This document shows positions 27,101-42,100 of a stretch of DNA of 64,000 bases, one piece after another. The position numbers and the translations under genes were made by a program. The stretch spans positions 47,742,001 through 47,806,000 of the forward strand of contig OZ249436.1 of the NCBI GenBank assembly GCA_965235115.1, given 5' to 3'. The DNA comes from Laetmonice hystrix (taxonomy: Eukaryota). The stretch's first letter is position 1. Every line of letters begins with the position of its first letter. The notes beneath the pieces were generated by a model, which made no database searches, was not told the origin of the DNA, and worked only from the letters and a program-made list of their open reading frames with translations.

Positions 27101-30100
27101 TTTTTCTTGTACTCGTCGATTTGTTTGAGTTGCCGAGCGTTTGCCTCCTTGTCGTTTGCTTTGTTCTGGTCCATCTGATTCTGCATCTTACGCTGCATCT
27201 CCTGCATCATCTTGTTTACTTCAGCTCTGCAATTATTAACTTAACACTTAATGCCATTTATAAACAAATCCATATCTAATCCATACCGTCCCTGCATGGA
27301 GTGAATAAATGGATGCCTTGATTTCGAGAATGGCGGAAAGAAAAGAGAATTTTATTCTCGGCGAGTACCTGTCCACGCGAAGGTGTGACCTGTATACGTA
27401 CCTGGTGGCGTCAAGCCTGGACGACTCGGAATCATCGTTAGCTCTCGCCTTTATCTTCAACTCCAGCTCCTCGTTTCTGTCCAAACAAAGGTCGTTGTCA
27501 TGGTAACGAAATGTTAACGTCATAATTCACGGATGACGTATCAATCAGTGATAGGTTTTTGTCAGGATTCTTTGGCGGCCATGTAGACAAACACAAACCA
27601 CTGTCACATGTCTTCCTTTGTAAGAAAGAACATCTAACGGTTTTACTGGAAGTAGTGATAAAAGTATCAGCTGTAAAATTTGAAGAAAGTATAAGAGTTA
27701 TCAGACGTTGCGATTGTTATCTGTGGGTTGATTGTGATTTACCTCCGGGTCAACCTCTCTCTGTGCTCCTCCTCCATATGTAGTGTCTCCTGTGTGTGTT
27801 TGAGACTGGAGGTTGCCTCCCGTAGCTGTTCTTCCACTGACAGAAGTTCCTCCTGTAGGCGTAGACTCTCCCTGTTTTTCACGGCCACCTGCTCGCGAAC
27901 TGCCTCCAGGTCTACCGACAGCTGCTGGTTCTGATGGATTAGTTTACTGCGCTCCTTGTCAGCGTTCTCCCTAGTAATTAGAACATTTTTCGAAATCGTT
28001 TGTCAAAACTAAAAAATTCCTCAAATATCTACCGTTGAACCCCAGGAACACCATGCAGTTTCCAGCGATAAGCTAAACATGAGTTATGTTAGATTTCCGA
28101 GATATCGGGTCTCGATCAAGGCTTTATCAATCAAGGAAAGCTTTATATAAAATTTACTATCTAAATACAAGTTTATATTAATCCTCCCCTGCCCCCGAAT
28201 ACTACCATCTTACAACCTCCCGCCCAGGCAATACTTACATCTGTTGCTAATATATTTAATAACCTCCCGCCCAGGCAATACTTACATATGTTGCTAATAT
28301 ATTTAATAACCTCCCGCCCAGGCAATACTTACATCTGTTGTTAATACATTTAATAACCCCCCGCACAGGCAATACACATGTACTTACATCTGTTGCTTCA
28401 TATCCAGAGCAAGCTTCTTATTCCTACCCTGAAGCGTCTGTTTCTGGGACTCCAGCTGACTGCGCAGGGAGGACACTTCACACTGGAATACACACAGGAG
28501 GACAGAGGTGAACTGGAGGAGGTGTGAGACTCTGACATCAGTCTGATGTCTGGTACACCGTCAGTCTGATGTCTGATACACCGTCAGTCTGATACACCGT
28601 CAGTCTGACGTCTGACACACCGTCAGTCTGACGTCTGACACACCGTCAGTCTGACGTCTGACACACCGTCAGTCTGACGTCTGACACACCGTCAGTCTGA
28701 CGTCTGACACACCGTCAGTCTGACGTCTGACACACCGTCAGTCTGACGTCTGACACACCGTCAGTCTGACGTCTGACACACCGTCAGTCTGACGTCTGAC
28801 ACACCGTCAGTCTGACGTCTGACACACCGTCAGTCTGACGTCTGACACACCGTCAGTCTGACGTCTGACACACCGTCAGTCTGACGTCTGATACACCGTC
28901 AGTCTGACGTCTGACACACCGTCAGTCTGACGTCTGACACACCGTCAGTCTGACGTCTGACACACCGTCAGTCTGACGTCTGACACACCGTCAGTCTGAC
29001 GTCTGATACACCGTCAGTCTGACGTCTGATACACCGTCAGTCTGATGTCTGATACACCGTCAGTGTTTGATACACCGTCAGTCTGTTTGATACACCGTCA
29101 GTCTGATACACCGACAGTCTGATGTCTGATACACCGTCAGTCTGATGTCTGATACACCGTCAGTCTGACGTCTGATACACCGTCAGTCTGACGTCTGATA
29201 CACCGTCAGTCTGACGTCTGATACACCGTCAGTCTGTTTGATACACCGTCAGTCTGATGTCTGATACACCGTCAGTCTGATGTCTGATACACCGCCAGTC
29301 TGATGTCTGATACACCGTCAGTCTGATGTCTGATACACCGTCAGTCTGATGTCTGATACACCGTCAGTCTGACGTCTGATACACCGTCAGTCTGATGTCT
29401 GATACACTTAATTTCTATCATCACGCTCCGTTTGATACAGAGACCACAGCTATGTTTACATCTCACATCTCTTAAATTAATTAAACTCAGATACAACTAC
29501 AGTTCATTAATCTATATAATGCACGGATTCTGAGGCGGGATGCAAGACTCATGCGTCCCGGTTTTTTTTTATCAGAAAAAAAATTACGAAGAAATTAAAA
29601 ATATTTTGGCCGGGGAATGACTGGAATTCAACACAAAGAACTTCCTGGGTGCGAAGAGCCCCTATAAACACTCAAATACACACAAACCGCTGGACCTGCC
29701 GGTGTATAGGCCTAGATCCTGTTCTAGCAGTAAGATGAGTGTAAAATGTTTTTACCTGAAGCTCTGTCACCTGAGTGTGCAGAGCCTGAGCGTGAGCCTC
29801 GACATTTGAACTTGTTGACCTTTCGTCCGAGTACTCTTGCTTAAGGCGGTAGTATTTGTCCTTCTCCAGTTTGAGTTCGGCCTCGACCTTGGCCAGAGTG
29901 GCCTGCAGTTCAAGGTTACGCTCGTCTAGGCCACCCTTACAACATACAACAGGAAGCAGTCAGCTAGAGAATATGCTCGACCGTCAAGTACAAGTAATGA
30001 AAGCGGCATTCTCGTCCGTCAGACCAGCTCCCAGCCACCTAGTGTCGTATTTGGTAACTATAGGTCTGTCTAAACTAAAGGAGGAGAGTGCCACGTTAAC

Positions 30101-33100
30101 CGCTCTTTATACTGGTAACATATTTGGACGTTTGATACAGGATATATACCAAGATTTCAAGGCTAGGTCAGATACCCTGACAGCTTGTTGAGCGAGAATC
30201 ACCTTAAATTTGTTATAAATTACGCAGCACCGTCACTATCTCAGCCCTGCCTTCCACTTAACTTTCAGGACCTGTCCTTTTATATCTGATCAGAAAACAA
30301 CCAATGACGGTAGTGTATCGGTTTAATGACGTCATAATGACGGCATGACGTAGTCCAATCCCTACCCGCTTGACCTTGACGTCGTCCAGTTGACCCCTCA
30401 GTGAGTCGACATTTTGCTCAGCCAGTTTCCGGCCAGTCATCTCCTCATGTAGCTGTGCCTTGAGCGACTCGACCGAACGTTCTAGACTTTTGTTTGCGTT
30501 GTACAGGGTTTGTTTGGTCTCCATCAAGGTCGACAGAGATACGTCATTGGCGCGGAGATTGGAGAGAGCCTGCAGACAAACGTTCTCATCATTTATTGGT
30601 ACAACATACAGCAGGACGTCAACAGTAAGACAAATAGCTCGGTACCTGCCAGACTCGGCCACTGTCGCATACAAACCCGCTTGGTTGACACTGGTAACAC
30701 AGATCCTCAGAAAGCTGCAATGATATTATGGAGTCCAGTAGTAGGGACTTTACGCCCACGTTACATAGATTGCACACTGTGGGGTTTATAGTGCACCCAG
30801 AGAGTTCCAAGGCCTCAGCTCTTCACATTTAACCGTAGAACATCAGAGAATGTGCTAATGTCAAGAGTAAGAAGCACTGGCGGATCCGGAGGCGGGGGGG
30901 GGGGCATTTTTATCATCCAATTATGATCATATTTACCATATATTTTTGACCTTTGCCTAATAGGCCTAATTATATTTTTGCCCGATGGTTAGCTCCCCGC
31001 CCCCTAACAAAATTTCTGGATCCGCCCATGAGAAGTATTGTACACATAGGAATATGAAACATTACTTTGACAACTATCAAGAAATGAAGATATGTTTGGT
31101 AAAAGTTTGGTTTATAATGTTTGAATAAGTCTGTATATGTTTAAACACACGAAAGGAAGGTGTACGGTTGTGTGGTTATACAGATATTGTCAGATGACCG
31201 CACCGGGTCGGGGTGGAGTATCAACCCTCGTGCCAGGGGGTGCAGGGGTGCAGGGGTAAAACAAATCATGGGTAGGGTGGCATTAGAACCCTGCGAACAT
31301 TGTCAGTTTCAGACTTGTTAAGTTTACAATGAGTTATCTCAGGAGATCAGGGCAGGGTTTGTACAACACGGAGATACTTGGAGATACCGTAGAACGATCA
31401 ACTTCTGCAAACCACAGACCGAACATGACTCCGGAGTTCAAGAGAATACCCGAGTTCTGAGAGGTATTTATAGATCTCTACTAACCATAAAGTAGTCAAC
31501 GATTTCTCATTGCCCACTCACGTCAGATTAACTTCATTTAAGCTGTTTCCCTATTTCTCACATGATGTCTGATGTTAGTTAGGCCTAGATGAATGCGTTT
31601 CCTTACCTCCTTTATTCAATGTGTCACGTATGATATAGAGATATAGACATGATGTATTATGTTAATATTAGTAAAAGAACTGGCAAAATGAAATGATGAC
31701 GTCTTTTGATAGCGATATCCTTGAGTGATTATTAATCAAAATGAAAGAATTAATAAAAGGCACTTTTCAAGTTATTTAGCATCAACCTTTCTTCCTTTAC
31801 GCTTCTTACTAAATCAGAACAGATGACTGACCTTCAAAAATAATAGGTCATTTAAACCAAACAAACTTTGAACACATCCACCAAATATTTTCTCCTGACC
31901 GTCGGTTACTAGTGTCAGTGTTTGCCAGTAGATGGCGGTACCTTATTGAGTTCATCCTGCAGGCTGCTCTTCCCGAGTTCATAACTGCGGACTTGGTCTG
32001 TGAGAGTCAGTCTCAGTTCCTGGACCTCCCGGGAACTCTGCTCCCGCTGGGTCTGGAGGTGTTCCTGGAGGGTGGACACCTCCTCCTGGGCTTTCTCCAG
32101 CGAGTCCTGTCCAAATGATGCGTGGATAGTGAGGTCGAGATTAAACAGGTTACTAAAGAGTGTTAATAATTCATGAAGAAAAAAACCGTAATTTTCACGG
32201 GTGTGCGATCATTTTACACAAAAAGGGTGCAAAATTCATGTCCGTATTGAACCTCTGTTGGACTCCTTATTGGACCACCTTCATGGCATGATCTGTTCGC
32301 CTCATTAAATCCTCCCTGCCCACGTACTACAACCACCGCCAGGTGGCGCCCCGTCCACCCGTACTGACCTGCGTGTACTTGGCCTTGTCTGCCCTCCGTG
32401 AATTATCCATCTGCAGGACGTTCAGAGTCTGTCGAGCCTCCGTTAATTCTGACTCCAGCCTCCGGACCTGAGACTCAAGGTCAAGTCTGACCTTGGTCTC
32501 ATTCTCAAGGTCATGATTAGTGTGTACGTACGAGTCGAGTTGGAGATCGCGCTGACGGACTCGTTCAGTCAACTCAGCGATTTCTTCTCTGCAAATGTCA
32601 ACCACACGGTTCAGGCCTATATCAAGTGGATAGCAATCATAGTTACACTGATTATAAAAACTCTGCCGGATCAAAGTGAGAAGAACAACTTAAAGATGAC
32701 TTGACTAAAAATAAATCCTATACTAGAATAAAAATGACGAATTACGGCTTTGACTGTATATCCACGTGAGACAGGACGGAGCCTCTAAAGTTTGTCTGAC
32801 ATAACCCGAGACTAAGGGGAGACTAACTTAGCCTTGCTGATATCAGCTTCCAACTTCTCTCTCTCCTTAGTCAGGTAGGTTTTCTCTGTGACGAAGTCTT
32901 TCTGGAGGTGACTGACTGCATCGTTACATTTCTCCTGGAGGTGAGCAATCGTGTCGTCTTTCTCGGCCAGTTTACGGCACAGATCTTGTACATCTGCCGG
33001 GAATGATGGAATCGATCCGTTATTAGTTTACCTCTATGTTACATATCACATTTATCAAATACTATGCACCAATTGGGCAGAGAAGAAAATATTCGTACGG

Positions 33101-36100
33101 AGAATGCTATCTTCACTGATTCCTGTACAGTTAATGTTACATTTGTGAAGTGTCTCTGTATTCTCCAAATGACGTCATGCCTGTCACCCACCTTGGTAAA
33201 GCGTCTGTTTCTCCTTGCTGTAACGCTCCATAGTGTTCTTGTTCTCCGCTAGGTGGCCCTTGAGCGCGTCCAGCTCCAGTTGTTGGGTTGTGACCTTGTT
33301 TTCTAACTGGAATGTCTTGTCTTCGGTCTTTTGGATAGTCTCCTGTCAAACAAACAAGGCATTAGGTCTGCTGTCAAACAAACAAGGCATTAGGTCTGCT
33401 GTCAAACAAACAAGGCATTAGGTCTGCTGTCATAAAAGCTATATTTAAATAGCTCCATACAAACTAATCAAGCAGTAGAAGACCAGACAAGGTGATCGTA
33501 CCTGTAGCTTGGCTGCAGTTCGTTTCTCGTCCTCAAGGTTGGCTACCACCGTGTCATACTCGTGACGTAATGTGTCTGCCTGCCGCAAGGTGGCGTTCAG
33601 CTCTTGGTTTAATTGACCACGTGTCGATTTCTCCTCGGTCAACTAGCGGAAACATGACTACAGTTACCAACACGTTCAGAGGTAGGCTGAGATCAGATAA
33701 ACTGAATATTCTGTCAACCTTTCACCTGCCAATGTGGGGCACAAGCTGCATTATTTGTAAATTTTGGAATTCTTTTAAAGGGGTATGATTCTAAGGCCAC
33801 CCACCCTGGAACTGTGACTGAAGATAATTTAAATAATATAAAAGAAATCCTAGAAATTTCTAAAAACACTCAACACCAGACTGTAGAGCTACACTGTGCA
33901 GAACACATGCAGTGTCATGTTGTCAATATGGTGCTGGGTTTGGTGCAACATCTCTGTAAGAAAGATATCTGAACTGAGAAAAACGTGTTTGTTCACAGCA
34001 TCACCGATCCACGTGACATCGTCTGAGATCTCCAACGTTCGCTGGAAATGATTTTGTTCAGTTTCACAAAGTCATAATTAATACAGATAACTTTTCAGGG
34101 AAGTCAGATTATGACGTCCAAACTCACACTTGTTTTCTCCAGAGACAGTCTCTGCTCCAAGGTAGCGTTCACACTCCGCAGGGTTCGGATCTCGTCGTTC
34201 AGTTTATCAGTTTGACTTTTCAGCTGGAGTTTTTCACTCTCCACCAGGGACATATTCCTGTTGAGGTGTTTCATCTCTGTTTCCAGGGCAACCAGCACAG
34301 TCTCCTTCTGATGAAGGTGTCTCTCAGCGTCTCTCTGTCTCTCCTCCGCCTTCTCCAGCTGTAGGATGTATGAAGTATTTGTAATAGAAACATGGGGGTT
34401 TCCTATGAGCCGATTTAACGGTTATCACTTGTTACAATACGGTACCTTCCTTTGGTAACAGGTTTCTTGAGACACTTGTTAACTGATCTGACATAACGAG
34501 TTACAAATTGTTGCTTTTATAGGGTACATAACTTTTGTGTAAAAAAAACACTCTACGATCTTACCAGCAGGCTATATAGTAATACCGGTAATACTTATTC
34601 TATAATCAAATATTAAACTATTTGAGACAGAAAATTCATCACAACAAGTTTATATTTATAACCGTTCTCTGTACAAGTAAGTGACACAAGACACAAGTTT
34701 CTTGTAATGACATACACATGTATTACCTTGTGTTTCCGGTCCTGTTTGGCATTTGAAGACAGGCAAAATATCAAATTACTTTACTACTGTCTAAATGATA
34801 ATAGGCTGACATCACGAACTGGTAGAACTCTGAGTATTTACTGAGAATCCGTCATGCTCTAAATGTTACTTTCCTATATATTTGGTTCAAATCTCAGAAA
34901 GTTTTCTGCTGATTAAATGACTGACCTTTTTACTGAGTTCCATGACCTCCGCCAGGGCGCGCTCTGTCTCACTGTTCCCTTTACCCATGTCGTTCTCCAG
35001 CTGTAGTTTCTCCATCTGTAGTCGTGATCTCTCAGACGCCATCAGGTGGGACGTTTCCACGGTAGCAGCGTTCTCCTTCATCTGAATACCATTTTGGTAT
35101 CAACGGTTTTGGTATCAAATGTTTTTGGTATCAACAGTTTTGGTATCAAAGGTTTTTGGTATAAAAGGCCAAGGTATGACAGGCCCAAGAATCAGAGATT
35201 ATAAGTGAAGAATCAGAAAACTGTGCACCGGGACTATTTATTGTACTACAGTGGAAACAATATGCATGCACAAGTTTGACGAAATCTCTTCTCTTTTTCT
35301 TTTTTTTTTGACACGTTCTACATACGTTTTACGAAGTCTCACAGAATGGTTAAAGCCATTCTAATGAAATACATCTACACACAATCATGTTTTGCAAACG
35401 GAGTTCTCATATATGGTTAAGAATATGTTTTTCTCTATCCCCTTTATATATCGTACCTTGTCAGTGAGTTCTGACGTTAAACGTTCAATGTCACCTCGAC
35501 TGGCCAGGTTTTCATCCTGTAGCAGTTCTACCTTCCGATTCAGGTCCGATATGTCCCCCTTCTGGCGACTGGAAACCACGGACAGCAAACATTATGTAAA
35601 CTGAGATAGGTATTAGTAAGACTTTAAACGGCCTGTATGGATGATCAATATCGGTGACTGGAAACCACGGACAGCAAACATTATGTAAACTGAGGTAGGT
35701 ATTAGTAAGACTTTAAACGACCTGTATGGATGATCAATGTATGGTGACTGGAAACCACGGACAGCAAACATTATGTAAACTGAGATAGGTATTAGTAAGA
35801 CTTTAAACGACCTGTATGGATGATCAATGTATGGCGACTGGAAACCACGGACAGCAAACATTATGTAAACTGAGATAGGTATTAGTAAGACTTTAAACGA
35901 CCTGTATGGATGATCAATGTATGGCGACTGGAAACCACGGACAGCAAACATTATGTAAACTGAGATAGGTATTAGTAAGACTTTAAACGACCTGTATGGA
36001 TGATCAATATCGGTGACTGGAAACCACGGACAGCAAACATTATGTAAACTGAGATAGGTATTAGTAAGACTTTAAACGACCTGTATGGATGATCAATATC

Positions 36101-39100
36101 GGTGACTGGAAACCACGGACAGCAAACATTATGTAAACTGAGATAGGTATTAGTAAGACTTTAAACGACCTGTATGGATGATCAATGTATGGCGACTGGA
36201 AACCACGGGCAGCAAACATTATGTAAACTGAGGTAGGTATTAGTAAGACTTTAAACGACCTGTATGGATGATCAATATCGGTGACTGGAAACCACGGGCA
36301 GCAAACATTATGTAAACTGAGATAGGTATTAGTAAGACTTTAAACGACCTGTATGGATGATCAATATCGGTGACTGGAAACCACGGACAGCAAACATTAT
36401 GTAAACTGAGATAGGTATTAGTAAGACTTTAAACGACCTGTATGGATGATCAATGTATGGCGACTGGAAACCACGGACAGCAAACATTATGTAAACTGAG
36501 ATAGGTATTAGTAAGACTTTAAACGACCTGTATGGATGATCAATATCGGTGACTGGAAACCACGGACAGCAAACATTATGTAAACTGAGATAGGTATTAG
36601 TAAGACTTTAAACGACCTGTATGGATGATCAATATCGGTGACTGGAAACCACGGGCAGCAAACATTATGTAAACTGAGATACGGTAGGTATTAGTAAGAC
36701 TTTAAACGACCTGTATGGATGATCAATATCGACGTTTGAAACAAGTGGTATTGCCTGTTATTTAAAGTTTTGAAGATACAAATGGATTAATAGAAAATGT
36801 TCCTTTCATTTTGAATATAGCACCAGCTAACTTATATACCCTCCTTTACCGTTTCAAAACCGTAAATAAATGTAAAATGGATCTAAGAGTAAGAAGGAGT
36901 ACTGACTCGATGGTATCCCTCAACAGTTCCACCTCTCTCTCCCGGGCCTCCAGTAGCCGGTGGCACGTCCCCAACTCTACCGCCATCTGGTGTCAGAGAA
37001 AGAAACCAATGTTTCAATACTTCACTAACATATCGAGAATGGAAATGATTTAATATTACTGCATACACCTGGAGTAATAGATACCTTGATCTAATTTCAC
37101 CTGTCACATCTCCGACATCAGTAAAACATAAACTGGGACGCCGTGGTGACACTGGTTACATGACAACCTGTGACCATTGTGACGTCACCAGACCATTCAC
37201 TGTGCCTGACAACCTGTGACCATTGTGACGTCCCCAGACCATTCACTGTGCCCACTGTTACATCAGCCATTCTGACGTCATAAATATTACCAAACTCAGG
37301 TGCAACCATTCTGACGTCACAAATAATGTAAAAAAATCCGCCAATTTCAATTGTTACGTTACTCCTACCATTCTGACGTCACAAATAAGATTTGTCTCTA
37401 TAGCAACAATCCAAGCATTGTTCCAAGCTCTCATACACTTGTGGTGGCCCATTCTCTCGCAGGGATTGGTGGTAGCCCTTACTTTACCGTTACACTAGAA
37501 GTGTAAGTTACCCTACTTGATAAGACGCCAATTTTATGATTTTAAATTTCTGGACCGAAACTTCACAAGTATTTGATGCTGACCTTTTTTCCCTGAGTGT
37601 CCAGGGTGTGGTACTTGGTCTCATAGTCCACTTTGGACGACTGCACCTCGGTATGAAGGTGATGGATGGTTAGCCTAGTGTCAGCGGTCAGCTTCTTCAA
37701 GTCAGCCTCCAGCTTTGCTTTCCCACGCTCCAGGTTCTTACAATCCTCCTGGCATACCTGGCAGTACATATCATCATTAATACACACACGTTAACATGTT
37801 AACAAGGATCATAAAAAAAACTTTCTCTAATTTGTACATGGATTACTTACTGCATGGCAACGTTAATTTTGTAAACATGCTGGGATTCTTCATATAAAAT
37901 CTTTTAATTATATTCATGACTGAGGCTCACTATTAAAATTTGACAATGACCACTACAGTCTTAGAGGTAATCACATAGTGGCTGTGTGGAAACAAAAGGG
38001 TCTCCTTACATGGAAGCGTTGGTCCAGCTCGACCTTCTCACTCGCCAGCTGGCAGAGCTGAGCGCGTTCTCTGACCAACTCTTGGCGTAACTCACGGAGA
38101 TTATTTGTCAACTCCGAGTTCTCCCGAACTATCATGTGCATGGCAGTGTTAGCTCTCTGTAAAAATCATAATACCAGCATTCCGGGGGTCGATTCAGGGG
38201 AGCAGGACCCCCTTGGCATATTTTTTTCTTATAGAGTTTTTTTTAATTGACGCCCTTGGATGCCCTTTGTAAGATATCCCCATGAACACCCACCCTCCCA
38301 TCCCTATTTAAAATCCTTGACAGACTCCTGCACCGTCAGAATATATCGACACACCCGTACTTGAAATGTGGGTAGAACTCTCAGAATTTACTAAGAGTCA
38401 TTATTTTTAAAGGAAACATTAATAAGAGGAAATGGCACTCACATCGAGGTCCCTCTTGGCACTTTGTCTCTCATACTCCAGGAGTCTGCTCCGGGCAGCC
38501 TCCTGTAGGACAACATCTGGGGATGACCTGGGGTCACCGTATGGAGACTTACTGGTCAGTTTGACCTCAGAGGTTATCTTGGTCTCATGGATGTCAGTCT
38601 CTAATTGTTGGACTTTACCCTGGAGTTTTTCTACCTCAGTCTCCTTCAGGCGAACCTGAAACAAAAATCCTTTAGTTAATACGAGGCAAATGTGAAACAG
38701 TCCAACTGCCACCTAACTCTGTCACAGTAATCCTATCAGGTCAAGATATAAGTCAGACAAAAGGTTATTCCTCCATGGTAAAATTCCCACGAAGTTGAGG
38801 GTTTGTGGCCATACCTGGGTGGTTTTCTCGGATAGTTCTCGGTTGGCCGTTGTCAGGTTGTCCCTCAGAGACTGAATCTTGACCAGGTGTTCGCTTTCTG
38901 TCGCACACTGACGGTCAAGGGCTCGCGTCTTCTGACGTAACTGGGCCTGAAGCTGGTCCATCTGAAACGTCGTGACGTCACAACATGTCAGGCTCTGACG
39001 TCATATATTCGGCACATTTCGACGACCTTTCATTCTGAACTTTCACTTTAATGAATAAAAACTTTCAGACTCGTAAATACATGCAAGGATCGGAACTAAT

Positions 39101-42100
39101 ATACCCGGTTAATAGTACATAGACGGAATTACAGGTAACATGTGTGGAAATGTGCTTATCGGTGTAACATACGTGAATGTTGCTGGTTAACAATACTGCA
39201 CTGGCGAGATTACCAGACATAAAGTACCCAATGAAATAACATGATGAGAGAATGGGACAAAAAGTCGAATCCCATAGGCGGGGATTGTTCTGGGATGGGA
39301 TAACCTCACAGGCAGGAAGTGACTTACATCCACGTGCACCTGTTGAAGGTCGACCTGATACTGAAGGTCATCTAACATGGCCCCCGCCCTGTGTGAGGGG
39401 TCATACTGGGCCTGCCCTCCAACACCTGGGACATACACATGGCTAGTCCAGCCTTGATCAGGGTCAGATCCTAGAGACACAATGTTTTCCTCGTCCCTAG
39501 CTTGTAATAATATACTCCTACCAAAGTCACTTATTTCCTCTGATGTCTCAGATATGTTCTTCGGTGTAGTTTCCTGACACGTGGATTCAAAGTCCCTGCC
39601 AGTGTTCATGTGAGAAGCCAGGGAGGCCGGGGTTTGTTGTAGGTCCTCAAGGGCTGCAGAGTAAGAAAGGTCATTGGGGTGGACAGAGGAGAAAGAGGAG
39701 ACAGTAGCGTCCGGGTTGTGGACCCTTCCTCTGGCCTCCTGACCAGTAGAGCTATGGTCAACCAGGACACCACTGTCATCATCAAACACCAGGCAGTCCT
39801 CGTCCTCCATGAGGACTCCCAGCTCGGCCCACGAGGCGGCGTCCTTGGGAAGGTCGTGGATGTCGTCATAAAGGACGTCCGTATCGTCATAATACTTGTC
39901 GTGACGTGTGATTGGGCAGAGTCCTACGTCAGACCAGTACGCTGTCAGAGACCGGGGCAGGAACGACTGCCCTGGGTCCTCCCGTACAACGTCACCCGTA
40001 CCGGTACCGTCCATCACTCAGGAAAAACTCTTATGACGTCACTCTGTCCGAGACCTACTTATTCCTGTCAGCCGCGGGCGGCAATAAAAATACGTCATGA
40101 CGTCTAAATAACAGTCCCATCACGTGATATCCGGAGAAGTGAACAGTAACTCCACATCTTAGACCTGTCTACTGGTACAGTGGTTCTCCATGTATTCCGC
40201 TGGTAGGCTACATGATACTGGTAGGCTACATGATCCACAATGCCTGGAGCTGGGATCATGTAAGGGTTGTGGAGAACGTCATCCAATATATATACTGATG
40301 ACTGACTGCATGCCTTGACACCTGGACAGTAGCAGTTTACTACTGTCCAATGAACAAACCTCACAGCTGATATCGACCTAGCTGGGCCTCTCCAATCCTA
40401 CACAACTAAGTCTTTCTGGTATATACAACACATATATACGCCTGAGCAAAACCCTTTTAAAGGTCACTTATCTCAGTTGAAAACAGCACGGCCTCAAAGA
40501 GTGTAATCTCGAGCTGAGAAATAGGGCCTACCACGTGGTTAGAGAAACTAGGGCGGACTTTTGTTATATTTGAACCATTGATTTTTATAATTCGTCAATT
40601 CTGTAACATGAGGCCTGCAAACCATCACCAGGTGCTGCACAATGTGGTAGTGAAAAATCTATAAAACCTAGGCAAACATTTCCCAACGGGCGCCATCAGG
40701 ACTGAGGGATATAGGCCTATGTCAAACAAAATATAGAACGTAGGCCTATGTTACAAAGTCAATACTTAGAGAACTATGAAAATACATACACAAAGGTACT
40801 GGGGGTGAAATGGGGAGGAATGAGCTAAAACAAAGCCCAACCTATCAGCATATATGTTGATTTTTAAATCATAAATATCATAAATATCACAGAGATGCAT
40901 TCTATAGGTACCGGTAGGCCTACTCGAAATTAATCTGACCCACATGACAAATAGGCCTAATGTGTTAATATTACGTTGCAGAGATCGCAAACCAAGGAAT
41001 ATATTAAAGTGGAAAGGCACAGCAGACATTTGAGCAAACAAAGAGTACGGTGTGCATGAATAAAAGGAAAGGATACCACTTAAAGTACCAACTAACGTCA
41101 AACTAAGTCTAAGTGCAGGAGAATGGCGGGAAAACCCCGCCCTGTGCTGCCCTCTGGTGTCGGGTAGTAGTACCTGTGCTGTGAGTTCCTCGCCATGTTG
41201 TTGCTGTACTAACAGAAGTTGTTTGGTCCGCTGGAGGTCGTTCTCACACTCGTTATACTGGATGGATAACTTCAGTACCTGAGAATCCTTCTCATGTAAC
41301 TCTGTCTCCATGGCCAACTTCTGTTAGGGTGGGAAATGTTTCATTTAACGTAGACGGGAATCAGCTGGATATAACTACGCTGAGTGACTGCCCGGGTTTT
41401 GTTGGGGCAGAACTGGAGGTAGGCTTGTTACGGTATGATCCCCCTATACTCTCAACACTGGAAAGAATTCCCAATAAAACAATGATTCTGAAAAAGAAAT
41501 ATCCCTACAGGGCCGGAGGGTTACAAAGTGTCCGACCGCATCAGCACCCTTTGTGTGGCTCCAATAAAGGTTAGATATTTCCAAAAAAGTCTATAATTTA
41601 TTTTTAAGGCTGGACCCAAGACACCCGGACAAAACATACTGGACAAAACGTCCCGGTATCCCTTGTAATACCGACTCCCTGATTGAGAAAAGTTTAGGAC
41701 GTTAATTATTCTGAATCCCTGATTGAGAATAAGTTTAGGACTTTAACCATGTTATTATCACAGATTGTATTTTTGACTGGAGTACGTACATCCGACTCGA
41801 CCCGGTGTGAGGCCTCAGCTCCATCAAACATGGACCGAGATTTGAGTTTACTCAGTTCCTCCAGTTGTACCTCCAGGTCGGACCTGTCCTTGGTGGCCGT
41901 AGTAAACTTTCTCTGCCACATCTCGACCTCTGCCTGCAGTCCTCTCACCTGTACGGGGTAGAGGGTGAGGGTAGAGGTAAACACCTTGACGAGGACAAAC
42001 TATCACTAAACTTCAGTAACAAAAATTCAATATATTTTCCCTCTCCTACTGCCTTGGACTGTGAGAATACCGGCCACTTCCTTACCTCAGCGTTTAGTTT

